A stretch of DNA of 64,000 nt from Nanobdellota archaeon (GTDB lineage Archaea; Nanobdellota; Nanobdellia; Pacearchaeales; GW2011-AR1). Where the stretch lies: positions 1,587-65,586 of the forward strand of contig JAGVNG010000008.1 of the NCBI GenBank assembly GCA_020053375.1. Direction: 5' to 3'. Shown one piece after another: positions 29,170 to 39,685 of this stretch. The notes under the pieces were generated by a model. That model was not told where the DNA came from and made no database searches. It was given only the letters and a program-made list of their open reading frames with translations. The position numbers and the translations under genes are program-made. Numbering within the stretch: position 1 is the first letter of the stretch; each line of letters starts with the position of its first letter.

Positions 29170-29248
29170 TATAAAAGATTATGTTTTGTTTAATGGTTAT
29201 AATCAAGATAATATAAATACTTTTAAATGAAAAGATGTACACATCTTT

Positions 29249-29614
29249 ATGAATACGGCAAGAATTAACCGAAAGATAACAAGATTAAACAGGCAATTAG
29301 GGGATTCTGGTGTTCCTGTTCCAAGAGATGGGCTTCCCGCATCATATTATGTTAGGAAAAACCGAGAAAAATTAAGAGAGAGATTAAAAGAAAGTTCATT
29401 AGAACAGGATGCAAAAAAATTTGCATTATGGGCAATGGGAAAAAAAGGGGAAGCTCCCTTTAATCCATTTACAGATACTAAAAGAATTCATGAAATAGTG
29501 CAATACCTAAATAATCATAATTATATCCACACCATAGGTCAAACCCCTAAAGAATTAATAGCCCATGGATATCATCTTACCCCTGAGGGTAAGAAATGGG
29601 CTTATGAAAAGTAA
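29249..29614 (+). CDS. hypothetical protein
   Basis: 121-aa ORF. Confidence 0.3.
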   Translation: MNTARINRKITRLNRQLGDSGVPVPRDGLPASYYVRKNREKLRERLKESSLEQDAKKFALWAMGKKGEAPFNPFTDTKRIHEIVQYLNNHNYIHTIGQTPKELIAHGYHLTPEGKKWAYEK

Positions 29615-29680
29615 TCCTCAATAATTCTCCCTTACAAAACCTATAAAAGCCTGGGGATATCCTTATTTCTAAATTATAAA

Positions 29681-32176
29681 ATGCTCAGAAAAAGAAAGAT
29701 AAAGCCAAAAGAGCAAAAAGCCGCAGAGGAATTCTTTCCAGTTGATGCAGAGGATATTAAAAGAACAACTGAAAAAATAGTTAGAGAGATTCCCTCTTCA
29801 AACATTTTGGGAGCTGTAACAAAAATAATAAAAACAGAAGAAAAACAGGTTGAAAAAGCGATAAAATCGTTGACCAAGCCGAGGAGCCGTGTAAAAAGGC
29901 CAAAAAAGATAACCGAAGAAAAGAAGGAATATTCCCCTTCTAAAATAATCCTAAAACAAGGAGGCTATGAGATGATAATAACCGAGAAGCCTCAAGCAGC
30001 CTTGAAGATTGCAAATGCCTTAGGAAAGGCGTTAGGAAAAGATGTAAGGGGGGTTCCATATTACGAAGTGAACAGGCAAGGAAAAAAAATAATTGTTGCG
30101 TGTGCGGTTGGCCATCTTTTTACACTCAGACAAAACAATCCCAGTCAAAAATTGCCTGTGTTTGACATAAGTTGGGTTCCAAATTATCTTGCTCTAAAAA
30201 AAGACTTTACAAAAAGGTACTATGATACTTTGATGAAACTTGCAAAAGACGCAGGAAGCATAACAATAGCAACAGACTATGATATTGAAGGAGAGGTGAT
30301 AGGATTAAATGTAATGAGGTTTATCTGCAACCAGAAAGACGCAAACAGGATGAAATTCTCAACCCTCACAGATAAGGAATTAGATGAGGCTTACATTTCC
30401 AAGGCAAACAGCCTCAATTGGGGACAGGCAATTGCAGGAGAGACAAGACATTATCTTGACTGGTTTTACGGAATAAATCTCAGCAGAGCGTTAATGAATG
30501 CGATAAAGCTCACGGGAAAATTCAAAATAATGTCTATAGGAAGAGTTCAGGGGCCTGCCTTAAATCTTATTGTTAAAAAGGAAAGAGAAATTGAAGCATT
30601 CAAACCGCAGACATATTGGCAAGCTTTCATAACCCTCGCAAAACCCGCAGTTGAATTAAAATACGTGAAGGATATATTCGACAAGGCAGAACTATCAAAA
30701 TTTGATAATATCATAGGAAAAAAAGCAACGGTGACAACAACGAAATCACAGCAAGTTATTCCTCCAAATCCTCCATTTAATCTCACAAACTTGCAGACAG
30801 AAGCATATGCTCTTCATGGAATAACTCCCTCAGCAGCCCTGAGAGCCGCACAGTCATTATACCTCGCAGGGTTAATATCATATCCAAGAACATCAAGCCA
30901 AAAGCTTCCTGATTCAATAGATTATACAACAATATTAAAGAAACTTGCGAGGCAATACAACACCGAATCATTAATCAAAAGGAGCGCTCCTGTAGAAGGA
31001 AAGAAAACAGACCCTGCCCATCCCTCAATATATCCAACTGGAAACACACAAAATCTTGATGGAGACGAGGCAAAGGTATACAATCTTATTGCAAGAAGAT
31101 TTATTTCATTGTTCTGCGGAGATGCTGTTGTTGATAATAAAAATATAAAGGCAGAGGTTAATATTGAAGGAAAAATTGCTAATGATAAAACTAATAAATT
31201 AAGAGGTAAAATTGGCGATAAAGATTCAGCTATTAACAGTAATATCAATAATAATACAAATAAGCGAGCCGCTGTGTCTGGAGCTTCAGCCAAGAAAGGC
31301 GAGCGAGATAATATTCTCATCTTCTCAGCAAGAGGCAGCGCTATTGCAGACAAAGGATGGATGGAAGTTTATCCTACAAAAATTATTGAAAAGACTCTGC
31401 CCGATGCAAACGGAGAAATAAAAATAGGAAAATCGCGAGCAGAGGAAAAAGAAACCCAGCCGCCGCATAGATATTCACCTGCTTCCATACTCTCTGAATT
31501 GGAAAAAAGAAATTTGGGAACAAAAGCCACACGAGCAGCAATCCTTGAGACATTATATGACCGTGGCTATGTTAAGGAAAAAAGCATTGAGGCAACTCCA
31601 CTTGGAATCTCGCTGATATCAACTCTTGAAAGGCATTCACCAATTATAATAAATGAAGAATTGACAAGAAGCTTTGAGAAAGACATGGACCAGATTCTTC
31701 AATCAAAGAAAGACTTGAATGTAAAGGAAGAAAAAGTCAAGGAAAAGGCTAAGCAAGCCATAACGGAAATAACAACGCAATTTGAAAAAGAAGGAAGCAA
31801 AATAGGGGAGGAACTTATGGAGGCGCAGGAAGAGGAAAGGCAGAATCAAAGAGAAAAAAATAAAATAATGCTTTGCCCTGTTTGCAATAAGGGAAGTCTT
31901 GCAATAACATACTCAAAAAAGAACAGAAAGTTTTTCATCGCCTGCAATGCATATCCTGACTGCAAAACAACTTATTCCTTGCCTCCTTTCGGAACAGTCA
32001 AAAAATTAGAGCCTGAAAAGCTCTGTGAGAAATGCAATTATCCTATGCTAATGTCTCTGCAAAAGGGAAAGAAGCCATGGATATTCTGCTTCAACAGAGA
32101 GTGTCCCACAAATCAGGAGAGGTTGAAGAAGTATAGGGAGAAGAAAGAACAGGAGAACAAAAATGCAAATAGTTAA
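29681..32176 (+). CDS. topA: type IA DNA topoisomerase with C-terminal zinc ribbons and a GC-rich in-frame insertion
   Basis: Toprim (MIITEKPQAALKIANALG, ATDYDIEGEVIG), active-site region GLISYPRTSS, C-terminal CPVC...C / C..C ribbons; low-complexity insert KIANDK...RAAVSGASAKK at about nt 31169-31310. Confidence 0.85.
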   Translation: MLRKRKIKPKEQKAAEEFFPVDAEDIKRTTEKIVREIPSSNILGAVTKIIKTEEKQVEKAIKSLTKPRSRVKRPKKITEEKKEYSPSKIILKQGGYEMIITEKPQAALKIANALGKALGKDVRGVPYYEVNRQGKKIIVACAVGHLFTLRQNNPSQKLPVFDISWVPNYLALKKDFTKRYYDTLMKLAKDAGSITIATDYDIEGEVIGLNVMRFICNQKDANRMKFSTLTDKELDEAYISKANSLNWGQAIAGETRHYLDWFYGINLSRALMNAIKLTGKFKIMSIGRVQGPALNLIVKKEREIEAFKPQTYWQAFITLAKPAVELKYVKDIFDKAELSKFDNIIGKKATVTTTKSQQVIPPNPPFNLTNLQTEAYALHGITPSAALRAAQSLYLAGLISYPRTSSQKLPDSIDYTTILKKLARQYNTESLIKRSAPVEGKKTDPAHPSIYPTGNTQNLDGDEAKVYNLIARRFISLFCGDAVVDNKNIKAEVNIEGKIANDKTNKLRGKIGDKDSAINSNINNNTNKRAAVSGASAKKGERDNILIFSARGSAIADKGWMEVYPTKIIEKTLPDANGEIKIGKSRAEEKETQPPHRYSPASILSELEKRNLGTKATRAAILETLYDRGYVKEKSIEATPLGISLISTLERHSPIIINEELTRSFEKDMDQILQSKKDLNVKEEKVKEKAKQAITEITTQFEKEGSKIGEELMEAQEEERQNQREKNKIMLCPVCNKGSLAITYSKKNRKFFIACNAYPDCKTTYSLPPFGTVKKLEPEKLCEKCNYPMLMSLQKGKKPWIFCFNRECPTNQERLKKYREKKEQENKNANS

Positions 32177-32300
32177 AAATTAAGGATTCTTTAGTCCCCA
32201 TGGAGACCATCAAAGTTAGGATTATATCTGGAGAAGAATATAAACAAAGATTAGCAGATTATCATAAAAATAATCCCTAAAGCCAATCCCCCAAGCTTCT

Positions 32301-33554
32301 TTATTGGCTAAGCCTCTCATTTATTTTCTTTAAATTAAATAAGATTATCTTTTGCAAATTTGAAAGAAGTTTTGCATCTTCCCTGACTCTAGCTGCTTTG
32401 GTGTAGCCAAGATATTCATCCAATAATCCAAAAGGGATATCTAAAATAGGAACATTCTTTGACTGGAGTAAGTGAAAGGTAACTAATCTTGTGGTCCTGC
32501 TGTTTCCATCCTCAAATGGGTGAATATGCTGAAATTCATTATGAAAATAAACTGCGAAATTCAATATCTCTTTAAGAGACACTTTTTCTTTTTTAATGAA
32601 CTCGTTGTATTTTTTAATTAATTCCTCAAGTTCTCTTTCAATATTTTTAGCCTTTGTAATCTTAAAATTAGGATTTCCTGAAATATGGACTTTAATCTTT
32701 CTTATTTTCCCTGCAATATTAAGGTTATGTTGCATTGCCAAAAAATGATAATCTAAAATAGTTTGTAAGGTTAAAGGATTCTTATCGCGGCTATCTTTTA
32801 ACATTTGTAAAAGAGCCTTTTGATAATTTTTTACTTCATCTATATCTTCACTTTTCAGATTAGCGGGAATTATCTTATCTTTTAATATTCTTTTTGTTTC
32901 ATTGAGAGTTATAGGATTTCCTTCTAAAGCCAAACTATGATGAATAAAAGAAACCTCAAATTCACTGATAATCTGTTGATATCTGGCTTCATTTTCTCTT
33001 TTTAGCCTTCTAAACTTAGTGAGCTCTTTCTCAATATCTTCTAGGTAATTTGTTATATCCTCTGTAATAACTTTATGCCTGTATCCAAAGTAAAATAGGA
33101 GATTATTTAATAAAATATTATAAAAAACTTTAACTTTTAGGGGTTTTTCTGAAATTATAAGAAGCAATCCATTTTTGTATAAAATATCAATATATTTTCT
33201 AAAAGTAACTGAATGCAAATTAACATCGCGGGGGGTTATCTCTTTTTTCTGTAAAGCTCTGCTAACAAATTGAGCAAGCCCAGGATTTAATAGTTCATTA
33301 TAATTTATATCATTTCGCAAACAATGATAAATTATTTCATAAAGAAGATTTGAATTTTCTGTCTTTTTTGCCTGAAATCCGTAGCTAGTTTTTGCCAATA
33401 GCCCTTCTTGCATTAATTCTGTAAGAAGGCGATGAATATTGTCATATTCCCTTTCATTCTTCTTGAATTTTTTAGCCACTTCAATGGGTTTTATAGCATG
33501 TCTGTTTGTGTAAACAGCTTCAAACACATCATATTTAGTTACCATAAAATGCAT
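32301..33554 (-). CDS. Fic-family protein with C-terminal winged-helix-like region
   Basis: HPFEDGNSRTTR approximates the Fic motif HPFx[DE]GNGRxxR (second Gly replaced by Ser). Confidence 0.55.
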   Translation of the reverse strand: MHFMVTKYDVFEAVYTNRHAIKPIEVAKKFKKNEREYDNIHRLLTELMQEGLLAKTSYGFQAKKTENSNLLYEIIYHCLRNDINYNELLNPGLAQFVSRALQKKEITPRDVNLHSVTFRKYIDILYKNGLLLIISEKPLKVKVFYNILLNNLLFYFGYRHKVITEDITNYLEDIEKELTKFRRLKRENEARYQQIISEFEVSFIHHSLALEGNPITLNETKRILKDKIIPANLKSEDIDEVKNYQKALLQMLKDSRDKNPLTLQTILDYHFLAMQHNLNIAGKIRKIKVHISGNPNFKITKAKNIERELEELIKKYNEFIKKEKVSLKEILNFAVYFHNEFQHIHPFEDGNSRTTRLVTFHLLQSKNVPILDIPFGLLDEYLGYTKAARVREDAKLLSNLQKIILFNLKKINERLSQ

Positions 33555-33639
33555 AATCTTTTGATATTTAAAAATCTTTCTATTTTACACCATTTATCGG
33601 GAAAAATCCTATAAATAGTGAATTATAGAACAATAATTC

Positions 33640-34854
33640 TCACAGCCAATCCCCCAAACTTCTCTGAGTCCTTACTTGTTCGAGAAGTTTGCTGCTTTTA
33701 AGAAAGGGAGAATTATCAAATCCAAACTTAATCATTCCTATTTTTGTTGAGCTTTCAAGAAGCTCTTCCAGCTTTGTGAAGTCAAGCTTCTTGTTTGCGA
33801 GCGCTTTTCTAACAGATTCGCGCACTACCCACACACCCAGAGCAGCCCAATAACTTGGCGTTTCTATTCTGATTGCCAGCACTCCTGCCTGCTTGTTTAT
33901 TTTGTTTAGGTATTCCAATATAGGAAGCCTCGACGCATAATATCCCCCTGCAGTTGCATATGCATATTCTTTTCTTCCTGAATACGGCTCAAAATCAGTT
34001 GATGCCCTTATCCTATTGGAGGGATTCCATGAACTTCCAGGGAGATAAAGCTCAAATAATTCATAGCTCCACGTGCTTGGAAACAATAGGATAATGTAAT
34101 GATTTCCAAGAAAGCTCCCATAGAATAATTCATAATTTTCAATCCACTTGTTTTTCTTTACTTTTTCAAGCAGTTGCTTTCCAAGGGTGTCGTCTGTTGC
34201 GGTTATGCTCCATCTAGTAGGAACGAGTTTTCTATTTTTCTTTAGTCCAAGAACTCCTATGCTCAATATCTTGCTCAACACATATTCATCAAAATTATTC
34301 TTGCGTAAAACTCTGAAAGCATCTGTTGCCTTCATATCATCATTCATAACCTTGTCAAGTTTTCTGTCTATTTTTACATTAGAGACTATCTTTGCAGATT
34401 TCATGCCTGCCCTCATTCCATGCGGCGTCAGAATCTGGTCCTTTTCCCTTCCAATGCTGACTTTATTTTTAAGCTCAATCTCAACATCAACAGGCTTTGA
34501 CGCGGTTGCTATCTCTTGGGCAATCTGCACAAATTTGCTGCTGTGCCTAACGTCTGTAACATTTGATTGAAATCTGGAGTTCAGAAGACTATCTCTTAAT
34601 TTAACAACATCGTTTATCTGAAAGTTTTTATCCGCCCAGTATTTTGGCTGGTCATAAACCCACGCATCCTCATCCCTCTGCAAAGGACTTAAGATACCCA
34701 CATTTACAAGGGGGTAATGAAGCTTTGAGCCGACAAAAACGCTTGGGGGAGAGCTTCCATCTAAATGGGAAATGCTATCAAAACTTTTATATTTAAAATT
34801 AAGTTCGGATATTTTCTTTATTATCTCAAATTTTATGTCTTTTTCCTGTTCCAT
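33640..34854 (-). CDS. possible Nre-family DNA-repair protein with C-terminal PIP box
   Basis: About 400 aa, C-terminal QRSLGDWL fits the PCNA-interacting Qxx[LIM]xx[FWY][FWYL] motif; family assignment tentative. Confidence 0.35.
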   Translation of the reverse strand: MEQEKDIKFEIIKKISELNFKYKSFDSISHLDGSSPPSVFVGSKLHYPLVNVGILSPLQRDEDAWVYDQPKYWADKNFQINDVVKLRDSLLNSRFQSNVTDVRHSSKFVQIAQEIATASKPVDVEIELKNKVSIGREKDQILTPHGMRAGMKSAKIVSNVKIDRKLDKVMNDDMKATDAFRVLRKNNFDEYVLSKILSIGVLGLKKNRKLVPTRWSITATDDTLGKQLLEKVKKNKWIENYELFYGSFLGNHYIILLFPSTWSYELFELYLPGSSWNPSNRIRASTDFEPYSGRKEYAYATAGGYYASRLPILEYLNKINKQAGVLAIRIETPSYWAALGVWVVRESVRKALANKKLDFTKLEELLESSTKIGMIKFGFDNSPFLKSSKLLEQVRTQRSLGDWL

Positions 34855-34984
34855 CTTAACTAATCAGAATAAACTTGTTTAAAATCTTTAAGAACTACCA
34901 AGAAGTTGCTAATCTGATAATACCTCTAACAAATCTATGCCAAAAATGATTTATTAATTAACTATTTTTCCAATATAATCTCTG

Positions 34985-35725
34985 TTATATCCATCCTCTC
35001 CTAAAAACACCCTCATTTCTTATCTCAAAATTCATTTCCTTTACAGGCAGGCTTCTATGCTTCAATAATACTGCCTTTTTTTTGCTTCCTTCTGTCTTCA
35101 ATTCTATGATGCATTTGCACCAGTATTTCATCAAATCCCCTCCCACGAGGCTTATTCTTTTTTCAACCCCTTTTTCAAATTCTTCTTTTGACAAAAAATC
35201 AGAATAAACCTGATTGGTGATTATGATTGGAATATTGTATTTTCTTGATATCTCTGACAGGATCTTCATCTGGTTTGCAATATCCCTATTGACATCCCTT
35301 ATTTTTTCATCATTTTTTAGCTTGATTGCGTCCCCCAATTCAAGCCGGTAATGCATTGCCATCCCATCAACTACTATCATCTCAATCTTTTCTTTTTTTA
35401 TAATTTCAGGCAGCTTCTGAAAATGCTTTTTCTGCTCTTCAAAGTCAGTCGGTTCTATAAGCAGGATGTTTCCAAGCACTTCTTCATAGCTGTCCCCTGC
35501 CATCTGTTTTACTCTTTCAGAAGAAAAACCGCCCTCAGTGTCAATGTAAAGCACCTTATTCCTCTTTTTCGCCTGGCTGCACACCGCAAGTATGCATAGG
35601 TTGGTTTTCCCGCTTCCAGGCGGACCTGCTATCATTGTTATTACGCCCTTTTCATAGCCTCCATAAAGCCATTTGTTGAAATCAAAGCTTCCTGTAGAAA
35701 TTTTTCCTGCCTGCGGGACATCCAT
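34985..35725 (-). CDS. radB: RadB-type RecA/RadA paralog
   Basis: MIAGPPGSGKTNLC Walker A, IVVDGMAMHYR, 246 aa with no N-terminal HhH domain. Confidence 0.7.
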   Translation of the reverse strand: MDVPQAGKISTGSFDFNKWLYGGYEKGVITMIAGPPGSGKTNLCILAVCSQAKKRNKVLYIDTEGGFSSERVKQMAGDSYEEVLGNILLIEPTDFEEQKKHFQKLPEIIKKEKIEMIVVDGMAMHYRLELGDAIKLKNDEKIRDVNRDIANQMKILSEISRKYNIPIIITNQVYSDFLSKEEFEKGVEKRISLVGGDLMKYWCKCIIELKTEGSKKKAVLLKHRSLPVKEMNFEIRNEGVFRRGWI

Positions 35726-35766
35726 GCTGAAAAGAATCAGGGAGGATTAATAAGAATTATTGTGAT

Positions 35767-36003
35767 TTAAGCCGATTTAAGAGGCTTGAATTTAGCTATT
35801 GACAAGCCCTCTTTTTTGGCAAGCTCCTCAAGGGAAATTGAATTAACTCCTATTGTTTTTGCCATCTGCCCATGAATCATTCTGCCTTTTAATTTTTGAA
35901 CAACCAAATAATAAGTGGAACCATTGGATTCATTATATTTAATAACCCCTCCGCCCCCTTTTGCATACTTTCTTAGTTCCGATAATAATTCTTCACGATT
36001 CAT
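35767..36003 (-). CDS. hypothetical protein
   Basis: 78-aa ORF. Confidence 0.3.
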   Translation of the reverse strand: MNREELLSELRKYAKGGGGVIKYNESNGSTYYLVVQKLKGRMIHGQMAKTIGVNSISLEELAKKEGLSIAKFKPLKSA

Positions 36004-36056
36004 TAAAAATGGTGCTATTTTGTGTTTAAAAACAAATCTGTATCAGAAAATATCTT

Positions 36057-36320
36057 TTATTTCAGCTTCTTAAAATTAGCCTCTATTTTGTCAAGCTCTT
36101 TTGTAAGATGGGATATAGCTTCAGCGATTGCTTTTTTTGCCGTTTTCCCTTTTGTCTTAACAATAAGAATAGGATTTTCGCTTGCGTGCCCTCTCTTCCA
36201 TGCAGCAAGTGTGACTGCAGTGTCCTTATTGAGATATACTCTCAATATTTCGGCCATGGTCAAATTGTCAAATTCTATTTCAACTTCTTCCTTAGTGTCT
36301 TTAAGAATATTTAACTCCAT
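36057..36320 (-). CDS. rpoL: DNA-directed RNA polymerase subunit L (Rpo11)
   Basis: MELNILKDTKEEVEIEFDNLTMAEILRVYLNKD...ILIVKTKG resembles the Rpo11/RpoL dimerisation fold. Confidence 0.65.
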   Translation of the reverse strand: MELNILKDTKEEVEIEFDNLTMAEILRVYLNKDTAVTLAAWKRGHASENPILIVKTKGKTAKKAIAEAISHLTKELDKIEANFKKLK

Positions 36321-36389
36321 GCATGAAAATCACAATTTCAGTTTATAAAACTTTCCGACAGAAAGTTTTGCTTAAAAAAACCGCGGTTT

Positions 36390-37100
36390 TTACTTCTTAA
36401 AAATCAACTTTCTGATTTCCTCTTCAGATAAATCCTTGTCGGCTTTTTTCTTCACTTCTTTTAAATCAAAAATTGTCAGCTCGTCTGGATTCTTTTTGCC
36501 TAGGTCAAGAAAGGGTGTAGGAACAAAATCATGAACAGAATTCTTGGTATTTTCCATGGTCATCTTTGAAGTTTCTTTTAATAGATTAATCTCTAGATAG
36601 CCTTGAATTTTGTTGAGAAGGTAATTATTCTCTGGCAGGATTCCTTCCTCCGCCATCTTTATCGCAGCCTCTGCCTCCCCTATTGCATCCGCCATCTGCT
36701 TCTGCGTGACATGCTTTGATCTTCTCGCTCTCATTATTATCCAATGAAAGTTATCTACTAAATCGGGTCTTGGCTTTGCTTCCTGCTTAATTTTTTCAGC
36801 ATAGTTTTTGTCAACCATTGCCCTAAGGCTTTTCTCCTGCCTGATCAGATAGTCGCTCTTTTCAACTTTTCGTTCATTTAAATTCTTTAGTCCAGACATT
36901 CTTGAAAGCCTCTCATAAGTTGTTGGCTTTCTCTCTATTTCCTTTAGCTGAAATGCAGTTGGCCTTCTTAATATGGGAAAATCCGAGAAAGCAGAACAGC
37001 CTTCGCATATCTTAACCAATCCTTCTTTTGTTATTGCGTCAAACAGTTGGGCATTTTTATCAGAAATCCCGCACTTAAAACATTCAGCCATAACAGTCAA
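36390..37100 (-). CDS. zinc-ribbon plus XRE-type HTH protein (MBF1-like)
   Basis: N-terminal CFKC...CEGC ribbon; HTH VTQKQMADAIGEAEAAIKMAE. Confidence 0.5.
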   Translation of the reverse strand: MTVMAECFKCGISDKNAQLFDAITKEGLVKICEGCSAFSDFPILRRPTAFQLKEIERKPTTYERLSRMSGLKNLNERKVEKSDYLIRQEKSLRAMVDKNYAEKIKQEAKPRPDLVDNFHWIIMRARRSKHVTQKQMADAIGEAEAAIKMAEEGILPENNYLLNKIQGYLEINLLKETSKMTMENTKNSVHDFVPTPFLDLGKKNPDELTIFDLKEVKKKADKDLSEEEIRKLIFKK

Positions 37101-37144
37101 AAGAAAGAAACCCTTTTTTAAGATTTCTGTGATGAAAACATCAG

Positions 37145-37801
37145 TTACCTGAGATATTTTTCTATGTCTGTTGCAGAAGTCAGATTATAAAGAACATCTT
37201 TATCATTGATTATGACAGCAGGATATCTATCAATCTTAAACCCAGCCAAGAGTGATTTTAATGATATAATATTGTTGTTTACTGCAATAGGTATGAGCAC
37301 TATTTTTTCCCCGCTTTTCTGCTTCAAGTCAAATAAGATTCTGGACCATACTATCTGCTGTGCTTTTTCTGTTAAGTCATTGGTATTATAATTGTAAAGA
37401 TAAATAACCTCATTAAAATCGCTTCCGCATTTCTCTCTAGTCTTCATCACATTTATCCAAAGAATTGTTCTCAGCAGATCATATCTCTTATGTGCTGCGT
37501 TAATGCTGTCCGTTATTTTGCCTGAATCCTCGTACTTTTCAAGTATCTGTGCTTCGTTATATATCTTATCGGCAAACTGAATGTCATAATTAATTGATTC
37601 ATTACAACTGACATTCTTCAAGTCAGAAATCCTATTCAAAGCTATAGAGTCCATTAGTGATATTTCAGAAAGCGCATAATATTCATTTATAGTATTCAGC
37701 CTGCTGCTTTCAAAGGAAACCCCAATCATAAGACCAATTATGAATACAACCATCGCCAGTAAAAATGCCTCTAAAAAAGCTCTTTTTGGATTGTCAAACA
37801 T
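37145..37801 (-). CDS. membrane-anchored hypothetical protein
   Basis: N-terminal TM helix; 218 aa. Confidence 0.35.
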   Translation of the reverse strand: MFDNPKRAFLEAFLLAMVVFIIGLMIGVSFESSRLNTINEYYALSEISLMDSIALNRISDLKNVSCNESINYDIQFADKIYNEAQILEKYEDSGKITDSINAAHKRYDLLRTILWINVMKTREKCGSDFNEVIYLYNYNTNDLTEKAQQIVWSRILFDLKQKSGEKIVLIPIAVNNNIISLKSLLAGFKIDRYPAVIINDKDVLYNLTSATDIEKYLR

Positions 37802-37811
37802 TTTCTTTTAT

Positions 37812-39041
37812 TTACCAGGAATATCCGCCTTTTAAATAATTATACACAGAGACTATCAATATTATTGGATAAACTGAAAGATAGAAGATTGTATAGCCTG
37901 CCAGCGTCAAAATTCCCTCATTTCTATGGTCTTTTTCTTTGAGGAAAGAAATAACAAATATTGTAAAAGAAAGCCCCAGAATAAAGAGAAATATTCCGTA
38001 GAATGACAAAATGCTGGGGGTAAGATTTATTTCCCTAAGAGTAAGAATGGCTGTCTGCGCTTCTACAGAATAGACTGTGGAAAGATAATTGACAAATATT
38101 CTTCTTCCAAAATTATATAGTTGTATTGCAAGCCCTATGCCCCCTATAATCCACGAAGAAATAAAAAATGGCAATATGAAACTTCCGAGTGAGCCCTTTT
38201 TCATAAAAAGATGCCTGTATTTTTTTATGGTTTGTATTCCGCCGATGTTCCACCTTATTCTTTGTCGGTACCACTGCCTCAGTGTGTCAGGAATAACGGT
38301 AAGAACCTTCGATGTCATAGACATCTCCACCTTATATCCTCTTGAAACAAGGTTCCATGTAATCTCAATATCTTCCGTGACATTTTTCTCATCAAAACCG
38401 CCTATCTCAATAAATATTTTTTTTCTGTAAATTGCCAACGGCCCAGGAGTCACATATATTGCTTCCAGAAACCCCAAAAGTTTTCTCGTAAATGCTATGA
38501 CTTTATATTCCAAAGATTGAAGCCTTTCTATTGTCTTTTTTCTGTTCTTGGCAATTATTAAGGCAGTTACGCCTGCAACTTTTTCGTTATTAAAAAATCC
38601 CATGGCTTTTGATATTGCATCCGTGTCAGGGAAGGAGTCGGCATCCGTAAATCCTATCATCTCTGATTTTGCAAATTTTGCCCCGAAGTTTTTTGCATTA
38701 GCTGCCCTTCCTGTATTCTGGGGAGTCTGCAATGCAACAACATTAGAATATCTCGCCGCAAGCCGCTTTATTATCTTATATGAGCCGTCTGTGCTGCAAT
38801 CATCAACAACATAAATCCTATTCAACCCAGAATAGTCAGATGCCATTAAAGCTTTAACAGTTGCCTCGATCGTATCCTCCTCGTTGTAACATGGAACAAC
38901 CATATCCAGTGAATAAATTTTCTTTGTCTTTGGGCAGTATAGCATATCCTTCTTATTTTGCAGGTATACGATTGTGAAAAGAAAAAGAAAAAATAATGCA
39001 ATAAATGCATATGCAAGATAAACTATAGTCAGAGCATCCAT
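37812..39041 (-). CDS. family 2 glycosyltransferase with multiple TM helices (processive synthase-like)
   Basis: VVPCYNEEDTI, VDDCSTDGS, DADS-like motifs and a QxxRW-like RQRIRW. Confidence 0.8.
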   Translation of the reverse strand: MDALTIVYLAYAFIALFFLFLFTIVYLQNKKDMLYCPKTKKIYSLDMVVPCYNEEDTIEATVKALMASDYSGLNRIYVVDDCSTDGSYKIIKRLAARYSNVVALQTPQNTGRAANAKNFGAKFAKSEMIGFTDADSFPDTDAISKAMGFFNNEKVAGVTALIIAKNRKKTIERLQSLEYKVIAFTRKLLGFLEAIYVTPGPLAIYRKKIFIEIGGFDEKNVTEDIEITWNLVSRGYKVEMSMTSKVLTVIPDTLRQWYRQRIRWNIGGIQTIKKYRHLFMKKGSLGSFILPFFISSWIIGGIGLAIQLYNFGRRIFVNYLSTVYSVEAQTAILTLREINLTPSILSFYGIFLFILGLSFTIFVISFLKEKDHRNEGILTLAGYTIFYLSVYPIILIVSVYNYLKGGYSW

Positions 39042-39042
39042 T

Positions 39043-39654
39043 TTATGTTCCCTCTGCTTTGGCCGCGCCTGGACGAAGTTTCTCCTCTATCTTGACCACG
39101 CTTGGGCGAGATTTCTCCTCTTCAGCTTTATTCCCTATTTCCTGCAATGAACTTCCCTCGCTAACGCTAAAATAATCATAAAAGTCATCGCTTAGAGTCA
39201 ATTCACTGGTGTGCCCTGCCTTCTTTTTTTTAATCAAGTTCAGCTCTGCAAATCTTTTAATGTGGTCATATGCCTTGTTTCCTCTTATCTTTATTATTAC
39301 AGACTGCTTGATTGGCTGCTTGAATGCTATTATCGCGAGTGTTTCCTGTTCTGCCTTTGAAAATTCGCTGCTTCCAGTGGCAAGCTTGTTTACTATGCTG
39401 GAATATTCTCTCTTGACATCCATCTTCCACATTTCGTTCTTTTCAATTATTTCAAGCGCAGAATTATCTTTTTCATACTTTTCTTGGAGCTTTTCTATGA
39501 AAGTTTTTATTATAACAGGGTTTAAATCAGAAAGGGAGACAAGCTCCTGCATATTGAGAAACCTTCCCGAAACAAAAAAAACGGCTTCCAGCCTTTTCAT
39601 ATCCTCTTTTTCTCTTGCGCCATCCACCTCATCAAGTGTCCTGCTCGTAACCAT
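39043..39654 (-). CDS. scpB: segregation and condensation protein B
   Basis: LEAVFFVSGRFLNMQEL... (ScpB EAxLFxSxEPL signature), tandem winged helices. Confidence 0.7.
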   Translation of the reverse strand: MVTSRTLDEVDGAREKEDMKRLEAVFFVSGRFLNMQELVSLSDLNPVIIKTFIEKLQEKYEKDNSALEIIEKNEMWKMDVKREYSSIVNKLATGSSEFSKAEQETLAIIAFKQPIKQSVIIKIRGNKAYDHIKRFAELNLIKKKKAGHTSELTLSDDFYDYFSVSEGSSLQEIGNKAEEEKSRPSVVKIEEKLRPGAAKAEGT

Positions 39655-39685
39655 TAATATGAAAAATCCTTAGGATTTATAAGTA

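Noticed and set aside
29681-29980. N-terminal ~100-aa Lys-rich extension of the topoisomerase ORF as a separate gene
   Set aside because: It is in frame with no intervening stop and no internal SD-like signal before the Toprim domain. Treated as an extension, though the true start could be the internal Met (MIITEKP).
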